Assembly: GCA_900088475.1 (NCBI GenBank)
Contig: FLMG01000154.1
Span: 1-64,000 of the forward strand
Length of the DNA: 64,000 nucleotides
DNA from: Hyphochytrium catenoides
Lineage: Eukaryota > Protista > Hyphochytriomycota
Direction: 5' to 3'
Part shown: positions 25,107 to 36,483 of the stretch, one piece after another
Layout of the letters: each line of letters begins with the position of its first letter
Position numbering within the stretch: position 1 is the stretch's first letter
The notes under the pieces: generated by a model
Told to the model about the DNA's origin: nothing
What the model saw: only the letters and a program-made list of their open reading frames with translations
The model's database searches: none
Position numbers and translations under genes: made by a program

Positions 25107-25999
25107 GGTGCCGCTATCCTTGCTATGTCGAGAGCGAGATGGGACGCGGTGGTATCACCCGCGACAATGCCAGGCCTCCCCCCAGCACAGACTATCGTGC
25201 TACCCACAATGTCACTTCTGACGCCTGGGCAGCTCTGCAAGTAGAGCCCGTCCAGGCTTCAGTCAGTTCTTGCCTCAACAGCCGCTGGCTCTAGCAGAGC
25301 CCAAGTACTTGAAGAAGCAGCAGTTGGAGATTGATGAAGCGTGGTCCGATACCATTGAACGCAGCATGGCCCCTGTGACTCTTCATAATCTGTTTCGCGG
25401 TTTGCAGGGTATGTGCATCTTATTCTGTATCTCTTCCCGTCTCTGTTTGTCGCTGGCTCATTCTCCGAGATCTTTGGCCTGTCTATTCTCCACCTGTGCT
25501 CATGGTGCTTCACGTGGTTCCCTTACATTCAACTGCACGAGGACGAGGAAGAACAAGCCTGTGTCATTATTCAGCGGCCGCCCTTGTGCAAAGCACTTCT
25601 ATATTCCAACCTCCTTCCTCATCAGGGCAACCCTCCTAATATCTCTCTCACACACACAACATGGCTTCTACCCAACGTATCCCAGTTTATTACCAAGCTA
25701 CCAGAACTCACACAATCAATTGAACTCTCTGTCTCACCCTTCGTTACCTTCCAAGAAAGTACTGTACAAGGTTCGTACCACCTGTGAGACACTCTCCAAA
25801 CTGCCTAAAGGTTACCGGTAACGCTAACTGACATTCACTCTGTCACTCACTGGACAAGCACTCCTCTCTGAGTCTCATACAAGTGCTGAGGACGGAGGGG
25901 CTATGATGATAGAGACGACTATATGCAGATCATAGACGACACGGAGTATTATCAAACTCTTCTTTATCCTGAGGGTGCAACCTCAATTGTTTTCTTCCT

Positions 26000-27120
26000 G
26001 CTGTGTTGTTCCAACAACCACGCTCGCATTGGATACTGAAAACTCCACTTTTCATCAGCAGTTAATAAGCTTCTTCTGTCCATCTATGGATGATAATAAT
26101 ACTCCGAGAAAAAATCGACGAGTAGCATCATGGTCTTCTTCTTCTGGGCGACGGAGCAAGAATCGACCAGGACCATAGAAGAGGGTATAACTTTATTATC
26201 TGCAGACTTCTTTCGGTCTCTGACGAAGTAGAGGCACTGCAGGAAGCGTGGAAGAACAAGTAGGTAGTACGGGTAATGACAATAGTAGCTAGTACGGTAC
26301 ATGCGGCAACTGGTTGCTCTTTCACCGCTCGTCACTTCCTCAGGGTTCCTACGTGTGATGGAATAGATGTCCCAAAGGGCGAGGATACGTCTCTTCTGCT
26401 GGTTGGTCGTTGTTAAGCGAGTATAGCAGTGGATCAATGGGGCAAGGACTACTATCGTCTTTTTCCATAGAAAGTGGTCTGCTTTTGTACCATGATGAGG
26501 GCTTCCTCTTATTGATTAGTGGCGTCGCCCGCCTTACAGTTACTGCAACCGGGAATGTTAGCAGCGGTCAGAGCTTCCAGAGGATGCGGCTGCATAGGTA
26601 ATACTTTAACCTTTCCCTCCTTGTTGCCTGTCTGCCATATTTTCGCCTCCGCAAGAAGTAATCCTTTCGCCATAACACTCCCGGTGTTAGCTCTAGAGTA
26701 GATACTACCAGCAGGTTCATGAGGCACGTTCTGTCTACCGTCGTCAAGAAGAACGAGTAGACCACCAGACTCCATGTTGGAAGAACTCCTACCTCGCAAA
26801 AGCGACTTCACCAAGTTTGGCTCAATCCATCATAAATCAGAATGATAGCGCCGCCGCCTGCGTTCTAGTGGACGAACAGCTAGCTGATGCGTTCTAGTAT
26901 GCATTTCTTACTCTTCTCAGACTTTTACCAACACCACCTCGCCCGTCTCCAAGGACTCAATTGTCTGGCATACATACGGGCATTCAGCCGCCTTTAACAC
27001 ACTCTAGGTCTCTTCAGCCGTCTCCGGCATCCTAGGTCTATTCTTGGGTCGGCTCCTGTATAGAAGGTTGCTCTGTCTATTGCTTGATTGATACACCTTT
27101 CAGCTTGGCAGCGCCGCCTG
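26000..27120 (-). mobile_element. Possible degenerate MULE-like DDE transposase relic
   Basis: Broken-frame fragments in MULE order: RNRPRMPETAEE, FMMD/(F)EPNLVKS, WRK..LRRRK and LWDIYS. Many stops and frameshifts; no TIRs found. Confidence 0.25.
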
Positions 27121-27489
27121 CGCTCATAGCCAAAAGAGGAAGAAGAGCAAAGTGGACGGAGCGTGAAGTACGACGATAAAGGCTACCGATTTTGCTCCAG
27201 GGGGAGATTTGAGTTGTGGAGGCAGGTCGAATTCCTCCTTTCTCTGCAACAGATAGATTTTGAGCTCTACTCTCGGCACCGGACTCCGAGAAATGGGTTA
27301 GAGTTTGTAGTGGTTAATGGGCCTATGAGGAATATCGGTGGGGTACATTATTTCGGAGTCTCTACCAAGATATTGCCTCTTCAGAGCATCGCTTTGATCG
27401 ATAGGAACGGAGATCTTGCCGGATATCGGAGATCAGAACCACCTCGGCAAGCCCCACAACCCTTGTTAGAGATTGCCTGCCAATTCAAG

Positions 27490-28604
27490 ATGGAACTTAT
27501 TAATGAAGCCCAGCCCTCGCTGACAGCCGACCTTCAGGATGGCTCCTTCCTCCTTCCAAATGTCAAAGACGTATGTTTCAGCGACGACACGATCTTCGAA
27601 ACCCCTTCATATCCGGTCGGCTCTAACTGCTTGTTACTCTTCTGCAGCCTGCGCTATTCTGTCGCACCAATCTTAAGGTTGGATATCACAAGGATAACAA
27701 TCAGGACCTCAAGTTTGCCAAGGGAACGACGTGTTTAGCTTTTGTCTTCCAGGGAGGCGTGCTCGTCTCAGTTGATTCAAGATCGACTCAGGGACCGTAC
27801 ATTGCCTCGCAGTCTGTACAGAAGGTCATCGAGATCAATCCCTACCTGCTAGGTACTATGGCTGGCGGTGCCGCGGATTGCCAGTTCTGGGAGAGAAATT
27901 TGGGGGTGCAGTGCAGGTTCGTTACGGACGTGGAAGCGGCTTACGCTGTCTTCGTGCTGACGGCCTTTCGCGCAGGCTATACGAGCTTAGAAACAAGGAG
28001 AGGATTTCAGTTGCAGCGGCTTCGAAGCTCCTTGCAAATGTAATGAATCAGTACCGTGGGTATGGTTTGAGCATGGTATGTGCCTTTGGCTGAGTATCCC
28101 TTGCGTAATGTCGCGGCACTTACATCCTTTTGCCCTTATAGGGAACCATGATAGCGGGGTACGATACAACGGTAGGCTCGACTAGAGTTACATGAGTGTA
28201 TCCCAACTATGGATTTGACCTTCTTTGTCCTTAACAGGGGCCTGCCCTATATATGGTTGATGATGAGGGCACAAGGATAAAGGCTACGAAGAAGATGCCA
28301 CGTTTTTCTGTCGGCTCTGGTTCTACGTTTGCCTATGGTGTCTTGGACTCAGGTTACCGATGGGACCTCACGGACGAGGAGGCTATCAACCTGGGCAAAA
28401 AGGCAATTTATCACGCTGCCCATCGGGATGCATACAGTGGTGGTATTAACAATGGTAAGCTTTACGCGGCCTTTGGTAGGAGGCCATGCATTGTCTAACT
28501 CTTTCATTGCAGTGTACTTGGTGAAGCAAGATGGCTGGAAGAAGATTGGTGCCTTTGACGTCAATGACCTTCACTATGAGTACTCAAAGAAAGATGCCCT
28601 TTAA
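27490..28604 (+). CDS. PSMB5: Proteasome subunit beta type-5 (chymotrypsin-like), multi-exon
   Basis: Propeptide, then KG|[72 protein letters not shown] and HRDAYSGG. Short GT-AG introns. Confidence 0.97.
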
Positions 28605-29171
28605 CCTATCCTTTCCCGTTTATAATAATAGTACGATTATACCTACCACTTGGGTCTATAGACCTCTTAGCAACGTGAAAGTGTTGACATAACTGCAGTG
28701 GGAACATGACTGACGAGTCCACATCCTATGGCGACCGCCACAAATAATGCCGCACAGGGAAGTTGATGTGCCTTCTATCACCAGCGCAGTCTGCCTGCTT
28801 CACTTCGCAGATTTTTTTTATTGTGTAGCCAGTGCTTCTTGGTTTATAAATCAATCATTTCAAGCTCGACACCTAATATTGTCACGTACTTGCATTGTAA
28901 TCACTAAAGCAGCGATCTGTAGACTAGTAGTAATAATTTGTCAGGGTTTAATCTAGCGTATTTCTGACGGTAGGATCCCAACTTTGCCGCTTTTTGAGCA
29001 GCTGTGGTCTGATGGTGAGCTCCAATTTCTCAATTTCTCGAGCTTCATCATCCAGAGCTCATCAGAAGATCAGAACCCGTACTCCGGACGAAGGCTGCCA
29101 CTGCAGTGAAAAAGATGATTGAGAGAAAGCATGTGCTGCAGCTGGCATAAAGATTAAACGAGCAGGGAACA

Positions 29172-32100
29172 ATGCTGGGTAGAGGAAGTCTTGTCGTGAG
29201 CCGTCAGCTGCGTAGAATCCAGTGCAGACAGGCTCCCTCAACCATTCTCCTGCAGTCCCAGGTAGGAGTCGGTTCAAATGGCTTCTCTTAGTCGTTATTA
29301 GTTTGCCAACCTCATTTACCTAATATTGGAATAGTCTGCAGACTTACCAGGCAGAGCACGATGGTACTCCAGCAACGCAGATGTTGGAAGTGAGGTGAGC
29401 ACGTTGATCAACCCGCAGCCTTTAGCAACTGTACTGGCATTTTCCACAGCTCGAGTATCTCTGTCTCTACTCATCACAGTCTGGCTTACTATGTTCTACG
29501 GCACAATCGAGCTGACGATTCTGCCGCTTTGCCACTTGCAGACCGAGCGACCTCGCTATGTGAAGCTCTTCAACTCTCTGACAGGCACCATTGAGGAGGT
29601 CATCCCTCAAAATGGCAAGCAGCTGACTTGGTACAGCTGTGGGCCGACTGTGTATGATCATGCTCACCTTGGACATGCGCGGACATATGTCTGTCTTGAC
29701 ATCCTACACCGGGTCCTGAGAAACGGCTTCGGGTATAATGTCTTCTTGGTTCTTGGGATGACCGATATCGATGACAAGATTGTAAAGAAAGGATGGGTAA
29801 GTGCAAGTTGATTGGAGACATGGACGAGAACGGAGAGATACAGAGGGGGAGGAGAGAATATATAAAGTGAGAGCTTCGTTCTCAGGCGCCTTCGTCTTCA
29901 GGCATGTGCATATACTAGTCGCTGCCTATCGACGTCAACACCTTTAGGCGTTGTGTCTGCTTGATCCTGAACTTAAGTTTTGTCTTCTACCTAGTGCTTC
30001 CTTGTTGTCCTATGCCTCCTTCTCGCTGCCAAATCCTTCGCCAAATCTCCGGTGCTCAGTGTGATCGCTACCTTTGACCTTATATTCTTTCTGCGTTCAT
30101 CTCCCTCCCGATGCGCCGACACTTCCTTTTACCCTAGCGATGTGTCGTCGCTGTTATTTAAATATGCTTTGAGCTGTCATCCGTCCCCTTTGGCGCTCAC
30201 TGTCCGCCCGATTCCTCGCTTATTACTTTCATTGTAGGAGCTTAACGCCAAAAGCAATGCAGACTTTCTCTCCGTGGCTCGAGGCTACGAGCAAAGCTTT
30301 CTGGATGACATGAAGAGGCTGAACGTTCTTCCTCCGGCAGCCATCGTACGGGTCAGTGAGTATGTAGACGAGATCAAGGCGTACATACAGGGCATAATAG
30401 ACCAAGGATATGGCTATGAAGGTACTATCACGTACAGTTTGCCTTTTCCAATTTCTGCATCCTTTTCTGCCTTGTGGCCGACGCCTCTTTGATCTTTCCT
30501 GTCGACGTTGAGGGTTGTCTCCTCCCTTTCTGCCACCTCTTCCCTATCTTGCTCCTTCATCTGACACCTTTGCACCTTGGAATTCACCTCTAGCTAGTGA
30601 TGGCTCGGGAGTGTACTTCGACACGCTGGCTATGGGTCCGCGATATGGCAAACTAAGTTCCCATAAGAGGTGTCACTCTCTCGCTCTGTATGTCACTGTG
30701 TCTGTGCGTAACCCTCATTACTGTTGCCATTGTGTTCGTAGTGCGGATGCAGAGTCTGTAGAGGATTCTGACCGAATAGCCCTGGCAAAGAGAGACCCTC
30801 GAGACTTCGCTCTATGGAAGGTGGGCACCTTGGAACATCTTCTTACATATTTATCATGCAGCATTGCCGTCTCTCACATCTACGTTTTGTCTCCACAAAT
30901 TCCCAGAACCCTATCTTCCTTTGCTTTGCAGAGATTGAGTGGAACGTTCCAACTGCATAGGGCTGTAATATACGTTCTTGCTCCTGCTGCCGTTCTCCAT
31001 TTCTACTTTGGGCCTTGTCTCACCATTAAACTGGCTACGAGCCCTTACTCGTGGTAATCGTCTTAGGCTGCGAAGGCTAATGAGCCCTACTGGCCCTCTT
31101 CGTGGGGCCCCGGCCGGCCTGGCTGGCACATAGAGTGTTCTGCTATGACACATAGCCTGCTGGGCCCAAGAATTGATATGCACACCGGTGGAATTGATCT
31201 CAAGTTCCCGCACCATAATAATGAGGTGGGATGCCTTCCTTAGCGGCTCGCCACCTTCGACACCAAGGCACCTTACCGTCCTTGCTCCCATCCTCCTTCG
31301 GGCAGCAAAACGGGGCCTTCTTCCTTTTGCCGGGTACCTTTGGTCCTGCTATGGTCCTGCTGCTGGGATCATGCAATTGTTTTCTCTTCTTTTCCTTCTC
31401 TTGCTTAGGTGAAATCACTTCCATAGTCTCTCTCTTCTGTCCTGAACCCTTTCCCGAATCACTTGTCGGTCATCCCCTACATATAAAACCTAGTGTTGGC
31501 GTACTTCTTTGAAGCTGTTCCTGCCAATTTGTCTATGGACCTGCCCTCACTCTCTTCCTTCCTTCCTCTGCGACCTGTCCTCAAACTGAGTCAGATAGCG
31601 CAATGTGAAGCACACAACCATGGGGAAGATTGGTGCTCCACCTTCGTGCACACAGGCCACCTATACATAGAAGGCGCAAAAATGTCAAAGTCCCTCAAAA
31701 ATTTTATCACCATTCGAGAGTTCCTCGAGGTAAGAAAATACTCCTTTGGCCGCTGCTTCCGTTCTTCTCTTACACTTAGACACGCATTTGTACGCTCACC
31801 CGTTTGGTCGGCCCTACTCCTACAACCCCTGCATTTGCTAAATCCTGACTCCTTCTATAGCCGGCCAATGAGCTTCATCTGATAACTGTGACAATCAATA
31901 TTCCTTATACTTTTCGTGCAACTGTATGCTTATCTCTCTCTTTCTTATCCCTTGGCTGGCTCTCTGACCGCCGGAGGACATCTTGTGCGCTTTTAGTTCC
32001 CTAAAACCCTAGCTTTTGACCCCTGTCCTAAGACCTGACCATCTAAGAAACCTCTTGACTATCCTACTGACTCCTTAAAGACCTACACACCTCAGCAGTT

Positions 32101-33823
32101 CAGAGTTTTCTGCCTGCTGCATAAGTACCGTGCGCCAATACACTTCTCCGAGGTAGGTGGTCTTCCCCTTCGGAGATGCACAAACCTCTTTGTCAGCAGC
32201 TCCACCCAGTAGCCCGTTATTCTGCTTAAGGTCCTTCTCTCACCAAAGATGGTCCAATAAGTTAGTCTCTCTCGTCTGCTTTCAGAGCCAAATGCAGGAG
32301 GCTTCCAGGGTCGAAACTAAACTCAAACAAGTAGCAGAAAGAGTCCGACATTGCATAGAGGAGGTACTTGATCCACTCAGTCCCGGCCTTTGCTGTCTCT
32401 CGTAATGTCATTTGGTCCGATTTCGAGCGGAAAAGCTTACTACTGACATTCGATACACTTCATGGTCCTGATCTTTCTAGCTGCACAAGCATCAGCCCTT
32501 GTCAAAAAGGTGGCGAGAGACGGAGCGAGAACTTCATAGGGCACGAGAGAAGGCGGAACTGGGCTTCTTCTATTCCCTGGCGGATGATCTGGACACACCC
32601 ACTGCGCTAAAGGCAGTTTTGGCCTTCAGCACCCACTTAAATCAGTACTGCCATGCCGCTTTTACAAACCCAGGTATTACATGTCCTTAAGCGCGATGGT
32701 GGGCAAGGGCTCGTTTGGAGGAAATCAAGCTATTGACAGGCAATAGAGATTAGTAAGCCCTGTGTCCAACACACTAGCACTGGCTAGGGAGGCGCTACAG
32801 ATTATGGCCGTTAGTGGGTGGACTCTATGGGTTGGCCTGAAAGGAGGGACATATACGAGAGATATAGTCAGCCAAGGAGGTAGTCACACTTCTTCGAGAG
32901 AAGCTACCCAAAACCGATAGGCCAGGTCAGGGGCCACGGCACTTAATATACGGTGGAGAGCAGCTGCATAGAGATAAATGAGGTTGTGATAAGGTGGGAC
33001 CCATCGACCTAACGACAACTGCCTCTAGGAGAGACGCCATTGGAACTACTGCAATCCTGCGCGCTATTTCTCGTCCGTGTCTTTAGCCTCCTTGGCCTTG
33101 ATGATGTCGCCGGGGTGATTCATGGCGATCACAGCACCGTAGACAACGAGGAGACAAACCGAGATCTGCTCGACGAGTTCGTATCCTTCCGCGCTGAGAT
33201 ACGAAGACTTGGTATTACCGAGAAGCATAGTGAAGCTGGGCGCAGAGCCCTTCAGCTCTGTGATGGAGTTAGGTAATCTTGATGGCAACTTCGGTTTCCC
33301 CATCACAGTTTCTCTATTGCTTTACCGCTTATTTATCAGCTGTCTTGTGAAGCACTTTACCGATCCTGATCCGCCTCATCTCGTTGGGACAGGGAAAAGC
33401 TGCTGAACGAGCATCATATAGCGGTGATGGACCTTCCTGATGGCACCTCAACATGGGAACGCTCTTTCTCAACTCCGACAGATCAATTTGTGGCTGAATC
33501 TCCTTCTTCTAAAGCGGAACAGCCGAGTTTCTCCCTGGATCCTTCTGAGCTCTTCAAGACAGAAGAGTACCAAGGCCTCTATAGTAACTACGACGATAAG
33601 GTGGGTACCTGGCCGATCTAAGGCTAAACACAATTCCTACGACCTCTGCTAGGCAGCGAGTAAGTGTGCAGGAGTCCAGCGGACTAACCCTTGAATCCGT
33701 AACACACAGGGCATTCCCACCCATGATGCTCAAGGTGAGGTACTCAGTAAGAGCGCCAGGAAGAAGCTCGTGAAGAAGCACGAGAGATACAGCAAGGGCT
33801 GGCAGAGGTCGAAGTCTCCATAG
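29172..33823 (+). CDS. CARS2: Cysteine--tRNA ligase, probably mitochondrial, multi-exon
   Basis: [18 protein letters not shown] (HIGH), [33 protein letters not shown] and KMSKSLKNF. The spliced N-terminus [20 protein letters not shown]...|..RARWYSS is presequence-like. Confidence 0.93.
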
Positions 33824-33958
33824 ATCGAGCTCAAAGTGCACCTTCGACTTTTTCCCTTAGATTCGCCCATTGCACTCTTTATCCCTCCCCCAACATGTCA
33901 GCTTCGCAGTCAATCTAATTGAGGAAGAATAGAACTTTCCACGTAAATAGTGGCGGCT

Positions 33959-35131
33959 TTATTCCTTTTTACCGACTGGGTGCATGCTCCGGTTCCCGCA
34001 GCATTCTGCATTCTCCTTCCACACTCGTTCATCACCCTCGTACTGCTCTAACTTCCAGATAGGCACAGTTCTCTGTATACCAATAGCAGCATAGGGAAAA
34101 CATAAAGAATATGTACCGTGAGTTAGACTATCCCTTGAAAGAAGTACAGAAGACGACAAGTGAGCATATGTGAAGTCTCCATCCCAGTCCACTAGTTTTG
34201 GGGTTGCCCTTCTTCCTCTTTGAATCACTGGGCGACTATAAGATATAAAAGCTTCCTTACCTTGAGCTCGTCAATTGCGAAAGAGACCGCGTCCAGAGCG
34301 TCTCTTCTGTGCGGCGAGGAGATAGCGATAACGACAGAAGCTTGTCCAATGCCCACTACCCCAAGTCGATGATAGAGCGCGATATGCATCACCTCTGGCC
34401 ATTGAGAGCGGATGGCCCTGCAAATCTTCAGCAGCTCTTTCTCTGCCATTGGAACATACCCTTCATACTCTAAATGAACAACTTTTTTGCCTACATAGGG
34501 CAGATGACGCACTTTAAGCGAGAAGTAGAGAAATAGAGACCGTGGGGACAGGAAGGATTTCCACGAGAAAGGAGAGATGGGACAAGAGAGCAGACAAAGA
34601 CGGATGTTGACCGGACCTCCTTGCAAAAGAACCAATGCACGGCTAGCTCGGGAGGAAGACAGAGGAATACAGATAAAGGTCAGAGAATCGAGAATGGTAC
34701 CGCGGAAGTTGTCTCTAGTTGTCCCAATAAAGGTAGCCGTAGCTCCAGTTTTGCCATCTGCCACTTCATCCACTATTTGCTCAACACTTAGAGCTTCTTC
34801 TCCCACCCAGACGATGTCGCGGAAGCCTATCAGGGAAGAAGCCACACAAGCAGAGCAGGAGGATAGTGAAATGGTTAAACGTGAAGGTAGAACTCTTCAG
34901 GGCGCTCGTCAGATCATAGTCCACAAAGAGAGAGTGTAAGCGTCAGGGTACCTGCCTAAGTAGTGTTGGATTATAGGAGAGCTCGGAAAAAAGAACAGGC
35001 ATAGGCTGACTATAAAGAGATCCTTAGGAGGTCATCGCGCTGGCTAATGCAAAAGTCTCCGGCCAGAGTGTGGAACCCACGAGAAGAAGAAGGACCTACT
35101 GATTACCCTTGGTTGTGGCTGCAGACTCCAT
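33959..35131 (-). CDS. MOCS2B: Molybdopterin synthase catalytic (large) subunit, MoaE-like, 164 aa, 4 exons
   Basis: Exons 35131-35107, 34826-34701, 34490-34261 and 34072-33959 total 495 nt. Motifs [33 protein letters not shown] and ELK|[11 protein letters not shown]. Confidence 0.93.
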
Positions 35132-35149
35132 TTTGCCAAAGTCTAGCAC

Positions 35150-35654
35150 TTATCCTCCACTAATGGGCGGTATCAAGGCCACTTCGTCTCCCGTTTTCAG
35201 CGGCACCTCAGTGCTGATATACTCAAGGTTCACGGCCAGGTTGATGGTGTCGACGATCTGGGTGCGCATGGATCAGGTGCAGTTGATATGGGGTAGCGCA
35301 TAGAGCCGTCAGTAGCGTCATAAAAGACCCTTCAGAATGAAGCAGAATGCATGAAGAATGGTCCATCTAGGAATGGGCGAAAGAAATTATCAATGAGCAT
35401 TGAACGTAGGCTACGACGTGGTAAAAAGCTTGCAGGCCGTTGGATCTAAGCCGTCTAGGACGCTGAAGACTGACAATCTCTCAAGACCGCCGTAGCCTTA
35501 CTTCTGCAATGCCTGGGAGAAGTTGCTTCAATTCCTGCCTGAGCGCTCCTGTATTAGCCTTGGCCGAAGGTAGTTGGACTGACTTTTCTCGAACTCCAGC
35601 AAGATCTTTTGCCCTTGCAAAGAACAGAACCTTCACTGTCACTGCGTCGCTCAT
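35150..35654 (-). CDS. MOCS2A: Molybdopterin synthase sulfur-carrier (small) subunit, MoaD-like, 86 aa, 2 exons
   Basis: Exons 35654-35502 and 35257-35150. VKVLFFARAKDLAG...LAVNLEY...GDEVALIPPISGG* ends in the ubiquitin-like Gly-Gly. Confidence 0.95.
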
Positions 35655-36483
35655 CACTACGGCTCTCTTGCTCAGAGGAGGCTCATTGTACAGACACTGC
35701 TTAAACAATGTACAGAGGTGAAGATACCCGACAGTCACCTGGGGGCTAAGACACTATGTTAGTCTTAACCTAGTCTTGACCTCGTCTGTTCAGCGATCAA
35801 ACGCTCTGCACTTGTCCGCAGGTGCTTCTCAGACAAAGAGTCTGACGATCTTCAAATGAAGATTCTGAAGTGCATGATTTGTCAATGGATGACGAGAAAA
35901 TCAACTCTACAGAATCAAACAGATAAATCACAGCTTAGTTCTTTGGGGGTTCTTATCCTCTACCCCATGCATTTGTATATCCCAGCTATTTAGGGTATCT
36001 CCTATTATATTAGAGAGGCAGTAGTGCTTTGAAGCATTGGTATCGCATTTGACTGCCCTTTTGTCCGAGGGGAGCTTTGGATGTGTTGGTTGGGCTGCAG
36101 GAGGAGTTGGGCTGACAGGAGGGAGGGGAGGTTGGAAGACAGGCACAGGCACAGGCAGGAAAAGTCACTCAACAACCTTTCTCATCGCTCTTCTTGTCCT
36201 CGTCAATCAGTGGTGCCTCATCGGGATGTTCCCACTTGTCCTCACGCCTGCCTCTGCCCTTTACATGCGTGCCCTCTCTTGCACCTACGGCCGTAGACTG
36301 AATCTCTTGGTAGTCAGAGTCCAGAGTTCACATCACTCCTAGAAGTGTCACAGACATCCGCGGCGTCTGAGCTTTATACACTGTCGGTCGCAGAGGGGTA
36401 GTCATCTCTTTTGAAGTCTCTCCTCTCTTCCAGGCAGTATCCCACGTGTAGAGAGCGAGAGCAAGTCATAACAGGCAGCGACG

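Noticed and set aside
27163-27489. 109-codon in-frame extension upstream of PSMB5
   Set aside because: GTG start and no motif; the ATG at 27490 already gives a normal propeptide.
27720-27745. PSMB5 mature N-terminus TTC instead of TTT
   Set aside because: Catalytic Thr1, Asp17, Lys33 and Met45 are intact; minor substitution.
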